A stretch of DNA of 64,000 nt from Podarcis pityusensis (GCA_964106645.2 OZ067048.1), one strand, 5' to 3'. Numbered from the stretch's first letter, positions 23,193 to 36,078 are shown. Notes: generated from the letters alone by a model not told the origin. A program made the numbers and translations.

Positions 23193-24329
23193 TTTCAGCT
23201 TCTTCAAGGCAACTGTATAATCTGGAAGCAGCAATCTCAGTGTCAGGTTGTTATTGTATCCAGTGACAAATCTAATAAAGAAACATTATTAAATTAATAG
23301 AAAAACCTTTTAAAACCTCTTTGACTACCACCTATGGCTTTCCCTATCAATGCAATCTTTTGTGTCAGAAAAACATCAACAGTGCAGAATTCCATGCACT
23401 TTGGATTTATAAAGTGGAGACTGAAGGAGCACTTCCATTGCATCATACATGTCTTATTCAACTGCTCTGATCTGCAGAACTTGCCCTTCTACAAATGCCA
23501 TGATGATGTCTGTTCTGCAAGTGCAAGGAACTGAACTTCTAGTGTGGTGGCACCTATACTTTGATACTCCCTGCCTATTGATAGTAGAGGCAGGTGCCTT
23601 TGCTACATTATTTCAGATGTCTACGGAAAACTTTTCATTTTAGCAAGCCTACCCAGATATGTAACTAGCACTGTGTATACCCCATACTGTACATTTAAGA
23701 AACAATACTGTAATGGAAAGCACCACTGCACCCCAAATTCTAAGAACTGTAGTTTGCTAAACTGCTGGGAATTGCAGCTTTGAGGGGTAAACAACAATTC
23801 CCAAGATTCTTTGGGGGAAGACATGGGCTATGAATTTGCTTTCAAAGTTTGGTGTGTGCACAGCCTAAGTCATCTTATGTTCGTTAAAAAAAAGTTTTTA
23901 CAGATTTTCACATAGACCACACAGAGCATTGTGATAATCTGTAAAACTTTCAAAATAAATAAAATATGCACAGCAGGTAGGTGCACAAGTCTAAGGCTTG
24001 TTTCTGCAGCCCCATATGCCAAGCACTCAGTCCCAGGGATACACATGGAACCCCTTGGGGCAGGCTAGAAGCCAGTAGTTCTTGGTCTGTCCTCATTTTA
24101 CTGCCAACTAATTCCACCAAAGCGAGCTGGACTTTTAGCACGATGGGGGGTGGGGTGGAGGAGAAGCAACTTTTCCTCAGCTCCAGGTAGAGTTTTAATT
24201 TTCGGCCATTTTTGTCGTTGCGGCTGCCTACTTATTCCACAGCTCAAGCACCTGAGCTTCCCCGCACCACCCCCTCAAGATTCCTGGGAACTGTAGTTTC
24301 AAGGTGCTGGGAAAACATGGCTCCCTGCG

Positions 24330-25050
24330 AAGGGGTAAACTACAATTCCCATGATTCCGTTGGGGAGAAAACATGTGTTGCGGGCTGCGGGCGAATCCCT
24401 GGACTGACTATGACGGTGAAAGGTACAGGGGTGGGGTAGGGGCGACGCACGCGGCCAGGCCCCTCCGACACCTTGCCCCCAAACCCGGCCTGGGCCTCCT
24501 GCGCTGCGCCTCAAAAAAGGGGGCGAGGCGGCGGCCTGCTGAGGGTGAGCATGCGCAGTGGAGCGTTCTTGCGCCTACTGCGAAAAGAGGTGCGCGCCAA
24601 AGCTAGGCCCCTTCGGCGGAGAGGCCTCCGCCTCCCCTGCGCTCCCTTCCCTTATCCCGCGAGCGGTACCTACTCTCCCGGCTCCCGCAGCGCTGGCGCG
24701 GCTCCCGTACCTATTCGGAGGAAGGGAGCGTGAGGAGGCCTCCGGCGCCGCAGCCCCTGCCTCTTCTTCTCCCTCAGAGCCGGGGGAGTGAAAGCGAAAG
24801 CGAGTTTCTCCCCTCGCTACGCGTCTTGGTGTCGCGGGGACTTTAGTGGATCTCCGCCTCTGGCGCCCTTTTGCCCAGCGGCAGGAGCCTTTGCACCAGG
24901 GCGAGGAAGCGGCGTTTGCAAGCCCCGTTGTATACCGTTAATTTATATATACGACGTCGAGGAAGCAAATCTATTTTATAGGCGCCGAGTCACCTGCTTC
25001 TGAAGCATATGGTCCCAAAGTTACAACCTTGGCCGGCGGAAGATCAGCTT
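24330..25050 (-). promoter_or_regulatory. ERAP1: ERAP1 CpG-island promoter and non-coding exon 1 region
   Basis: High GC and CpG density. IRF element GAAAGCGAAAGC 24790-24801, NRF1-like GCATGCGC 24549-24556, TATAAAA on - strand 24980-24974, candidate - strand donors AG|GTACGG (exon end 24711) and AG|GTACCG (24670). Confidence 0.8.
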
Positions 25051-26072
25051 CCTGCTCGAGCAGGTTTTGAGTTTCGAAAAAAAAAGGGGAAATGTACCCA
25101 AGCAAAGCGCTTGTTGCTGTTTCTTTCTCTCCCCCCCCCCTTTTTTTTGCGTTCACAGCTGCAGCCTTAAGATAGTCCCTTATTTGTAGAGAGCCTATGA
25201 TTAGTTTTGTCGTGGTTCAGTGTTGGACGTACAGTATGTTCCTTAAGCAGTAAGCAGTTCCTTGAGCAGTTTGAAATGGTTCAAGTGTATTGCATGGTTT
25301 TATGATCAGGCTGTTTGCCCTGGGAGAAAAGTAAGCTATAAGCAGTGTTTTTAGGGAAAAAAGGGAAAGGTTTTGGTACTTACCATGAAGTTGTTACATA
25401 ATATAACAACCACAACAACAACTTATAACAACAACAACTACTACTACAACTTATTATTTATGCCCTGCCTAAATGGGTTGGTTTCCCCAGCCACCCTGGG
25501 CTGCTCCCAACAGAATATTAGAAACACAATAAAACATCAAACATTAATAACTTCCCCAAACAGGGCTGCCTTCAGATGTCTTCTAAAAGTAAGTGCCATA
25601 CTTTCTAACATTTGAAAAAACTGTGCCGGTACTTCGTACTCTTGAGTACCCCCATAAGAAAAAGCACTGGATATTATTCTGAATATCCAGCGGTGAATGG
25701 GATAGCTATATATGGCGACACTATTTTGTAGTTCTTGATCACATTTCTGTTTTCTTCCGCTCAAGACTGTACGTGGCTCTCCCCCTTCCTGTTTTATCCT
25801 GTCCTGCGACAGGCGATGCTGAGAAATAGCACGACTAGGATCAGGTTGCTTGGAGCTTCATGAGTAAGGATTTGAACCTGGATCTTTCCTGTCCTACTCT
25901 GACGCAAGCTAATACATCATACTGGCTCTCTAGCACCCATTATCTGGCACAATTAAAATGTTAGGGAGTCTGCAAATGGGCAAAAGGCTGCTATTTTCCT
26001 TCTTCAAACCAAGTTAATGCCGCCCAGAGTGGCTTGGGAAAACCAGTCGGATTGGTGGGGTATAAATAATGA

Positions 26073-26105
<33 letters not shown>

Positions 26106-27212
26106 TCCAACGTTTGAAGGGGGTGGGGTGAGTGCAGAGAGAGAAACAAAGTGCATTTGAACCTTCTCCGTCCCTCCTAGTGTTTTTCACTGGCACTGGG
26201 AGCTGAAATGGGGTGTATCTGTGGTACAGAGCCATAAACTCCTATGCTCCAGCTTCTTGCATGACTGCAAACTCTTTTCAGAAGCTGAGAAGTCAGCAAA
26301 GGCTGCTTCGAGACTGTTACTATTTTGTGGGTAGTATTTAAAGTGGATTTGACGTTCTTGCACAACAAATCTGCTCCCCCTCTCTCTCCAAAAGCAGATT
26401 TTTATTTTTTATTTTTGGTAAGAATGAATCTTCAAAAAGCAAACTTTGAGCAAACAAATTGGGATGAATGCTCAATGAATAGGACATTTAGAAGCAATAA
26501 CAGCCCTACCACTTGCTCTTGTGTGTTGAAATATCTGTCAGGATTCCACAAGATACCCAAACAAGAAATTTATTTATTTCTATATCACCCTTCATCCAAG
26601 AATCACAGGGCGCTTTACAACATAAAAAACACAAAAATACATAACATGGTAACAAACAAATACAGCCTTCCCGCCCTCGCCTCCACAGTTTAAAAGGTCC
26701 CAGATTGTTTAATTAGACAACGGCCAGGAAAAAAAGGGAATGTTTATGTAATGTACTATAATTCCTTTCTGAGATAGTAGTGAGGTGTACATTTGAATAG
26801 CCATGCAGATTAGTTTCTGTATTGTAGGATATTCACATAGTACCTTTCAGCTTGTTGCCACCAGAGGTGGCTCTTTTCCTATTCTTACGATGGAGCCATG
26901 AACTTAGTGAATTAGGAAGAAAATGTACAGTAGCGTGAAAGAAAAAAACAGCCAGCTATTCTTTCAGTTCCTGCCATTGTAACTGAAATAGCAGTCATAT
27001 ATTACAAGTTAAGGAAATAAATGCATGATTTCAAAAATTAAACATGCAGTATCAGTTGTCTAAGTTAATTATTAAATGGAAACATTCATTTAATAATTAT
27101 GTTCTTATTAAATTCATTTAATTCTTATGTTCACAGTTGTTTCCCTCGTTCCACGTATCTGTTCTTATCCTATAATACTAACACATCATAAGGTTTCCAG
27201 GCAAGGACAGTA

Positions 27213-27502
27213 CAGTGTTACCTTGGTTCTCAAACTTAATCCGTTCCGGAAGTCTGTTACTAAACCAAAACATTCCCAAACAAAGGCGCTCTTTCCCATA
27301 GAAAGTAATGCAAAACGGATTAATCCGTTCCAGGCTGTTCTCCCCACTGCCCCAATCAGTGCAATCTTTCAATCTCGATCTCTCATCAAAGCGGCTCAGC
27401 TGGCGCAACACTAAAAATGGAAGCTCACGACTCAGGACACATTCGACTTCTAAAAAAAATTTGAGAACCGAAACGCTCACTTCTGGAACCAAGGTACCAC
27501 TG
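27213..27502. mobile_element. Tc1/mariner-pogo-type MITE
   Basis: TA|CAGTGTTACCTTGGTTC ... GAACCAAGGTACCACTG|TA. Confidence 0.88.
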
Positions 27503-27744
27503 TATAATATTGGCACCAAATAAATGTTTGATAGCAGTGATGGTGATGAAGTAGGTACATGAATAATTTAAAACTGGTTTTAACTGAGCTGGAATACAGT
27601 ATCTGCGTAGTGCTAAATCAGAAACCAGAAAAGGGGGGTGGAAGAGTTCAAATATTTTAAATTTTACAGTTTTAATCTTAAGATCCAGTCTTATAATGAA
27701 TGTGCGCGGGGGGGGGGTTGGTTGGTCAGGACTGTGACTTAGAC

Positions 27745-27880
27745 CAGGCATTGGCAAACTTGGCCCTCCAGATGTTTTGGGACTGCAGCTCCTATCATCC
27801 CTAGCTAACAGAACCAGTGGTCAGGGATGGTGGGAATTGTAGTCTCAAAACATTTGGAGGGCCAAGTTTGCCTATGCCTG
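27745..27880. mobile_element. Palindromic hAT MITE (same family as 13562-13697)
   Basis: Hairpin, 8-bp TSD ACTTAGAC. Confidence 0.92.
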
Positions 27881-29162
27881 ACTTAGACACTAGCTGATGT
27901 GTCTGAAGTAGGCTGATACCAGATGGATGGATAGATTATGCTACAATGACCGCTCCCCGCATAAAACGGGGGGCGACCTTTGAGTGGACGCGCGCCTGGG
28001 GACTCCGCCTGTCCACGCAAAAATGCATGCTGCCCTGTATAGTATGGATGCTTTAGTTGAGATTCTTGTATTGCAGAGGGTTGGACTAGATGACCCTTGG
28101 AGTCCCTTCCACCTTTACTATTCTATTATTCTAGTGCTACTCCACCCTGCCAAGCAAATTATTGGTGCTTTTGCTGATAGTGGCAGGGGATATATTTGCT
28201 TGTAGCAGTAGTTACACAGCCTGCTGTTTCCAGAAGGGTCTCTAGATCAAGGCAAGATATGTCATTTGGTGTTTTCTTTGTTTTCAAGAGATGTCATTCT
28301 CCATCCATTTGTACAATGTGTATGCATCTCTGGGAGGCCAAGATCAGAGATTCTTATGAAGTCAAGGAATATTGTCTTCTCTGTATGGGTGTTTTTCATT
28401 TAAAATGTGTGCAATGAAGTACAGAGATTAAAGTACCTTTTCCAGAGAACTATTTCCTGAAGTGAGAAGGTCAGAACGTTCATGAATTTCAAAGGGGATC
28501 ACTCATGCACCATGGCTTCATTAAACATTATTATTCTGAAATAGCTTTATAGTGTGGGCCTGTCAATTACCTGACATTAATCTTTTCCAGGGAGGAAGGC
28601 AAAATATGTTCAGAGCTCTCAAGACCCTTCCATCTGGGAGCTGTCTGTCTGTCTGTCACCATTTGAAAGCAATTATGATTGTTCCAAAGGAATGAGTAGA
28701 ATCAAGAGTACCCTTTGGTTAAACCTTGCAGCCATTTGGACTTGATTACTGATTTAAATACTTTCACCTCTGGCTGTCTGCTTACAGGTTATTTGGAAGG
28801 ATCAAAAAAGGCTTCTGTGGCAGTAAGGCATTATTAAATTGTAAATCTAGTTAAAATGTTTTAACTTTATAGCATCAGTGTGATAGTAAGCATACTGCCC
28901 TGTGCCCATGGTCCTGTTGTAGTTTCTGGGATCTTCAGATAAAACCTTTATATGTAAGCACTTAAAAAAAAATACTCTAGAAGAATTGCTGCAATTGCTT
29001 GTAAATCAGATGCTATCTCGGAACCTAAATAAGTGGTCGTACCTGAAAGATAATCTCACACCTTGAGATTCACCTTGAGATTCACTCGATCACTGTGCTC
29101 TGCATGGTCAGGATATCCTTTCTGCACAGTGTAGAAACAAATTTCAATGGGAACAAATGTCA

Positions 29163-29900
29163 GGCTGTATCCAGTTCTGGGTGCCACAATTTAAGGATAC
29201 AGTGGTACCTCGGGTTACAGATGCTTCAGGTTACAGATGCTTCAGCTTACAGACTCCACTAACCCAGAACTAGTACCTCGGGTTAAGAACTTTGCTTCAG
29301 GATGAGAACAGAAATCGCGTGGCGGCGGCACGCAGGCGGCAGCAGGAGGCCCCATTAGCTAAAGTGGTACCTCAGGTTAAGAACAGTTTCAGGTTAAGAA
29401 AGAGCAGATCTCCAGAACAAATTAAGTTCTTAACCCGAGGTACCACTGTATTGATAAGCTGGAACTTTTGTAGCTTACGGCACCCAAGATGATCAAGGGT
29501 CTGAAAACCAAACTTTATGAGGAATGGTTAAGAGAGTTGGGTGTGTTTATCCTAGATAAGAGAAGACTGAGAGCACATATGGTAGCCATCTTCAAATGGA
29601 CTGTCACATGGAAGATGGAGCAAGCTTGTTTTCTCCTGCTCCAGAGGCTAGGACCTGAATCAATGGCTTCAAGCTACAAGAAAAGGGATTCTGATTAAAC
29701 ATCAGGAGGAACTTTCTGACAGTAGGAGCTGTTTGACAGTGGAACATTCTCCCTCAGGAGATTGTGGACTTTCCATCACTGGAGGTTTTTCAGCAGGGTT
29801 TGGATGGCCATCTGTCATGGATGGTTTAGTTGAGATTCCTGCATTGCAGTGGGTTGAATTAGATAACACTTGGGGTCCCTTCCAACTCTGATTCTATGAA
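29163..29900 (+). mobile_element. CR1 LINE 3' fragment interrupted by a mariner-type MITE (29200-29448)
   Basis: CR1 ORF2 end (MIKGL..YEEWLRELGVF.L.KRRLR) and tail cccttccaactct..ttctatg; MITE with CAGTGGTACCTCGGGTTA TIRs and TA TSD. Confidence 0.85.
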
Positions 29901-30188
29901 TTGGGCCTTTATTATTTATTAAATTTATATACCTCCCTTCCTCAAGAGACCACAAGGCAGGTGGCAACATAAAACACAAAATGCATAATAGTAAAAGGGA
30001 GGGGGACTACAATAACCCCCCCAATAGATTAACAGCTGAAGGCCTGGTTGGAAGAGGGATATTTTAACATGGCACCTAAAGATATAACGAAGGCGCCAGG
30101 CAAACCTCCCTGAGGAGAACATTCCACAAATGGGGAACGACCACAGAAAAGGCCCATTCTTGTGTTAGCACCCTCTGGACCTCTTTTG

Positions 30189-30811
30189 TTTTTTGTTTTT
30201 TTTAAATAATTTTTTATTATAGTTTTAAACAACAAAAAAAAGAAAAACAACACACACAAAAAACAATACAAGACTTAACAATATAAACACAAAACAATTA
30301 AAAACAAACTCTCTTTTCCATTTCCAATTTTAAGTTACTTATTTTCTGGACTTCCTCATACCTCCCTCTTTTGTATTCCAATCCACATTATTTGTCCAGC
30401 AGTTTCTTTTCCACTTTTTTAATCTCAATCTTTAATTTAATAAAATGTTATAATATATAACTTCAACTTTTTTTTTTTAAACCTAATCCTTTAATCTTAA
30501 TATCATATAACTTTAAAGTTTCCCCTTTTAAAATCAAATTTCCATTTCTTTAAACTTATTTAATCTTAATCTTTAATCTTAATCTATCCTTAACTTTAAC
30601 CTGTGCAGCTGGAAACCACTTGTTTTCAGTCCATCATCACTCTAACATTCCTTAATTTTGCAGTGTTTCTGAAGATAGTCTGTGAATTTCTTCCAGTCTT
30701 CCTCCATCGACTCTTCTCCCTGGTCTCGGATTCTGCCAGTCATTTCCGCCAATTCCATATAGTCCATAAATTTCATCTGCCATTCCTCCAGCGTGGGAAG
30801 TTCTTGTGTCT
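30189..30811 (-). mobile_element. 5'-truncated L1 (ORF2 C-terminus, 3' UTR and A-rich tail)
   Basis: 18-bp TSD CCCTCTGGACCTCTTTTG (30171-88, 30812-29). The - strand reads TQELPTLEEWQMKFMDYMELAEMTGRIRDQGEESMEEDWKKFTDYL, typical of non-mammalian L1 ORF2 ends. Confidence 0.85.
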
Positions 30812-31772
30812 CCCTCTGGACCTCTTTTGGAGGTGGGGGTTTTAGTATTATGGAATCTGCCCTGAGGAATTCCCTTCATTTGAATATGAGAGAGAGACAC
30901 TATCTCGCTTTTCTTTTCAGTTCCTGCTGAATACCTCCATCTTTCAACAAAGTTTAAGTTGAGATCTTCCCCAGTACAGTCTGCATCTGTATTGGAATTG
31001 TTTTTAAGATGTTTTTGTTGCTTTAACTCTTGTTGTTTGCCACCCTTTGGGAGGAAGTGCAGGATATAAATTTAATAAATAAACCCTTTCTAACTGAATG
31101 GCCAATGGTGGCAGCTCAGACAAGTTCTAGGAGAGAATGCTATAAATGCCTCCTCATCCACAACCTTGCCTGATAACCTTGAATGACTTGCTGTCTCTCA
31201 TCCTTCATTCCCTATCAGTGTAATTGAGATAACAGCCGGCTTATTCACAGAAAGTCATTCTGTATGCTTCTGAAGCACAATAAACTAAAGTAACAAAATC
31301 TTACCATCTTGAAATTAGATCTTGCATCCTTGAAGTACTTCTCACCAGTTAAGATCATTGTGTTAGTGGTGGTCATGGACAGTTTTGCCCTAGCCACAGC
31401 TTATTTATATTCTGAAATATGTCCAACTGAATTGTTTTCAAGGGCAGCTCTACAGACATTCTGGAAACTTTGTTTAGTATAAAATGTATACTTTGGACGC
31501 CTCAAATCGGAACTTCTCTGCGATATATCAGAAACATCACATGTTTAAATCCTCAATTTGCATTCTTAATAAAATTTGAAGCAAGTGTAAAATAAGCAGA
31601 TACATCATATTATTTCCATGCAAGGTTAATTTTTATATTCCATTTCCTTGCACATCTTTCCTGTGCCAGGGTGTTTACAATAAAGATGCAATAAATTTCA
31701 CAGCTGAAGTGAAGTTGTTTCTTCATTTTCATACCCACTTATTTGTATGTTGTTGTTGTTTAGTCGTTTAGT

Positions 31773-34471
31773 ATGTTGTTGTTGTTGATAAGCCTATCAA
31801 GCTTATCTTGCTGTCCATGCCCTAAAAAAAGAGTATAAAGACCTAATATGCCACCAAAAGAATGCCTATACCAGAAAATGTTGGTTAGAATTAATTAGTG
31901 CGGCAAAAGCAAAAGATCAGACACTATTCTACAAACTGGTAGCTTCTGGCACCCATAAAGCTATTTCTTAACCTCACAAATTCTTAACCTCACAAATTCC
32001 CCCTAGCCTTTGGGTCTCATTCTTCCAATCTCTGTACGAGGATGCTGAACCTCCACTACGGAATTATAATATAGAACAACTGGCTAAATGGCCTCCAGTT
32101 TCAATAACTGAAGTGAAATCATATATAAACCAACTGAAAACGGCCAAAGCCCCAGGCTCAGACAGCATTACACCAGAAATGATAAAAGCACAGGCGGATT
32201 GGTGGGCACCTTTCTTAGCCAACCTCTTCACTTACATAGATGACACTGGCCGCATCCCAAAGGAATGGGGAACAGCCATAATAGTCCCAATCTATAAAAA
32301 GGGCAACAGAGGGGACCCAGCGAATTGTAGGCCGATTAGCTTATTAAGTGTGATTAGTAAACTCTACTCAAAGCACCTCCTTAATAAGTTTACAGAATGG
32401 CTAGAGAATGAAGATATCCTGGCAATAGAACAAGCGGGCTTCAGACCTGGAAGGTCCACGATAGATCACTGTCTAACGTTACAACATCTCATTGACAAAT
32501 ACAAATCAGGAGGGCAGGCCTCACTATACGCTGCCTTCGTTGACCTAAAAGCAGCCTTTGATACAGTCTCCAGAACCAGACTCTGGGACAGACTACAGGG
32601 TACCAATATAGATAGAAGGCTCCTGCTCCTAATTTAGGCACTGCACGCAAACACGGCCCTTAGAGTCAGGTGTAGCCGCCTAGGACACCTAACGGACCCA
32701 ATAAAAACCTTCAAAGGAGTCAGGCAAGGGTGCCTATTGGCCCCTCTACTATTTAATTTCTATCTAAATAACTTAGTATCTGCACTCAATGACTCAGAAC
32801 TCCACCCGCCGAAGCTTGCAAATCGGCATATTTCGGACCTGCTATATGCCGATGATGCGGTAATTCTATCTAGAACCCCATTGGACTCAAAAGAGCACTA
32901 AGAAAGCTCGCAGCATACTGCGAATCTGAACGTCTCAAAATCAACTATCAAAAGACCAAGATACTCGCTTTTGGGGAAAAACCAAAGCTTAGAAGCTGGG
33001 AACTCCAAGGCCATAAATTAGAACAAGCCACAAACTACAAGTATCTAGGAATGGTGGTACAGGCCTCAGGAACCAACAAACTACACATAAACTCCATTGG
33101 GAGTTCAGCGGGGGGAAACGCAAATTGTATCCTTAAATTCTTCAGAGCACAAGGGGGCTTCTTTGTCCCCGCAGCTCTAAAATTATACAAGGCCAAAACT
33201 TTGGCACAACTCCTCTATGGTTCCTTTTTGGGCCCGCCTTCCTCTGCTTTCTCCCCACTTGAGAGAGTTCAATCCAGACTTCTTAGAGCTCTCCTCCAAG
33301 TCCCCATATGTGTCTCAAACGCATGGGTTAGATTAGAAACGGGGATGATGAGAGTGGAGGCTAGCATCTGTCTAACATCAATTTACAAATGGCTGACATT
33401 GAACCTGCTCCCCCGAGGAATAGCCCCATTGATCCTCTGTGACCAATTCCAGTCGGGCTGGCAGACTGCAGTCTTGAACACCCTCCGGAAATTGGGTTTT
33501 GCCCCTCAAGCCCTTCTAAGTCTGGGCTTGGACCAGGCAAAAGCTATGGTCAGGCAAAGAATATTAGACACCGAGAGACAGCAGGACTGTGCAAGGTGCC
33601 CCAACTATAGAATTGGAGAAATCGAGAGATATATAGCCGCACCGGCACCATATCTCTTCTTTCTCGTATCCAGGGATGCAAGAAGGGCCTTTACACTCAC
33701 CAGAAGCTGGGCTCTTCCCTCGCCGGTCCTCGATGGAGCCTTTAGAAGGGTCCCGTATGCTCAGAGACTTTGCACCTGTCCTTTGGGAGAGATAGGAAGC
33801 CCAGAACACTTGCACTTTAGATGTCCCTTTTATAAAGAGGCACGTAGTAAGATCATGGATCCCCTACTGGTAAGGCTCGGCGACCTCCTGCAAAAGCAAA
33901 AATTTGACCTTTTGCTATTGGGCAAAGATCAGAAGATGACCTGGATGGTCACCAGATTCTGTCTACAGATCTGTAGGCGCAGACCATCGGCCAACTCAAA
34001 ATAGTCGGGCATGAAAAGCCCCAAACACGGTTCCATGGGTGATTCTGAGTCAACTCCCTGGGACAGTTTATTGTTGTACATTGTTTCTAAATTTAGTGTT
34101 GTATATTGTTTTAATTGTCTGTTTTAACCATATTTGCACAGCAGTTTTTAACGTTGTGAGTGTCCTCTATTTAAGAGGCTTCTACTCTGCAGCCTCTTAT
34201 AGTTGTTTTATCTGCGAGTCTTTTAGTTCTTATGCTCTTGCAGCTGTTTTAACTGCGTGTCTTTGTTGGTTTTTAGCTCTTATCTGTTTTAATTATTAGT
34301 TTTTTATCCATTATCTGTGTTTAATTTTGTATTTTATTTGGATGTTTTATGCCTGTTTCCTTGTCCTCATTTGCCCTGACAATTATCGGTCAAAAATTCC
34401 TAACTGCTATTTTATCTATATGCCTTTTTAAATCCTGGTCTGTGACCGTAATAAAGTTCATTCATTCATTC
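31773..34471 (+). mobile_element. 5'-truncated RTE-X-like LINE (RT plus C-terminal zinc knuckle), inactivated
   Basis: RT motifs IVPIYKKG..RPISLL, QAGFR, FVDLKAAFD, GVRQG, YADD (~32845); stop at 32635-37 and frameshift ~32880; C-x-C..H..C knuckle in ORF 33051-34004; AATAAA plus (TTCA)n tail; TSD agtcgtttagt/agttgtttagt. Clade assignment is inferred. Confidence 0.85.
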
Positions 34472-34590
34472 AGTTGTTTAGTCGTGTCCGACTCTTCGTG
34501 ACCCCATGGACCAGAGCACGCCAGGCACTCGTGTCTTCCACTGCCTCACGCAGTTTGGTCAAACTCATGTTAGTAGCTTCGAGAACAGTA
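34472..34590 (-). mobile_element. Short BovB 3' end; its (TTG)n tail lies at 31748-31772 on the other side of the RTE-X insertion
   Basis: Near-identical to the 3' end of the BovB at 36956-37090. Confidence 0.8.
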
Positions 34591-36078
34591 GCACTCAAAT
34601 GCTTTACTAAAATACAGCAAGTCAGAGCATGTCCCCGAAGGCCTGTTGTCTTGGGAAAACAAAACAAAACAAAATTGTACTACTTATACTGGTAGAAGTG
34701 CTGCTGGGGGGGGGGGGATGCCCCTTTTAAGTTTGGTGACAGTAGTTTCAGAAAACAGTTTGTCAAAATGGTTTTTAGAAAACATTCTAAATGGATTGGG
34801 TGTGGCTTATTTTTTCAGAACTCTGGTACTGTGAGAATTCAAGAGAAGCTTTTGGGGGGGGGGAGCTGTTTCAGAATATTATAGGGCAACAGTCATTAAG
34901 GATCATAGAACTGTTGAAGGGACCCCAAGGGTCATCTATTCCAACCCCCTGCAGGAATCTGAAGCAACCATGGCACATGGCCTTCCAAACTCTGCTTATA
35001 AACCTCCAAGGAAGGGAGACCATTGACTGAAATCACCATGAGAATGAGAAATTGGTGGGGGCAGTAGGTTCTTTGGCTTATAGTCAGAAAATGGGTTAAA
35101 CAGACTGATTTTAAACTTGATAGTGCAGGAGAGTAAGTTTGAGGATGGGCCCATGTACGATCTGGAGTCAAAGGATAATAAATGTTGAACTAGTTAATGT
35201 GTGGTGTGACTTGGGAAAATTGAGTGGTGTGCATTTTCTTCTTCTCCCATACACTTTGCTAGGGTGATTTTGGGGGAAATATTTCCCCGTACCAAGGCTT
35301 TGGAGAAATGGCTTGTTGTGTTGGGTTAAGGGAAACATCTAACTGAACGAATTAAGCAACTTAAAGACTACATTTTGAACCTGGAAATAGCTTGGTTTAA
35401 GCAATTAATAATAGCATGGTGTAAGCCACCGAAAGGATACTTTGAATCTGGAAATGGTATGGTTCTGATCCAAAGACGTGTGTAGCAGCATGCTGGGTTT
35501 TGCAGACACGTGCAGCTGCCCAACAGATGGCCAGCATGGCCAGCTCTGACAATGCCACTTACTTGTCAGAAAGTGGAGCAAAGTACTGGGACCTGCATTT
35601 AATCCCCATCGCACTTTCAAACAGATGGTCGGCGCTGTCAAAGCTGACAGAATTGACGGCCCTTTAAGTCCCGCAAGTGCAATCCCTATCCAGCAGCTAT
35701 TTCTTTATTGATTGAACATTTATTAGTCAGCTTTGCATAGCAAAGGCAACTTTAAAAGTACAAACCAAATTTGACAAAGAGAAACCTTTAGAAAACAGAA
35801 TTTCAAAACATTATAAATGAAGACAAACAACAGCAAAATGTTAAGACCAGCAAAGCACAATAAGTTAACAAGGATCATGTGAATACTTGGGAGTGGGGTA
35901 TGTGGGTTTCTGATTTTCTAAGAACATTGAAGTTCCTGTGCTTATAGCCACTTTGTACATAATAGGGAAGTGACTGTAGTCTACAGTTTATCCCAAAGTA
36001 TCGTACTTAAGAAGTCCAACTGCTGCTGTAAGGAACACTTTGACCTGTTGTTATCAACTGGATGATCAACGAAGCTTA

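Noticed and set aside
23193-23271. Open in-frame sequence upstream of the ERAP1 ATG (possible N-terminal extension)
   Set aside because: No ATG in this segment or immediately upstream of the candidate exon 1 donors; the ORF track start is a TTG.
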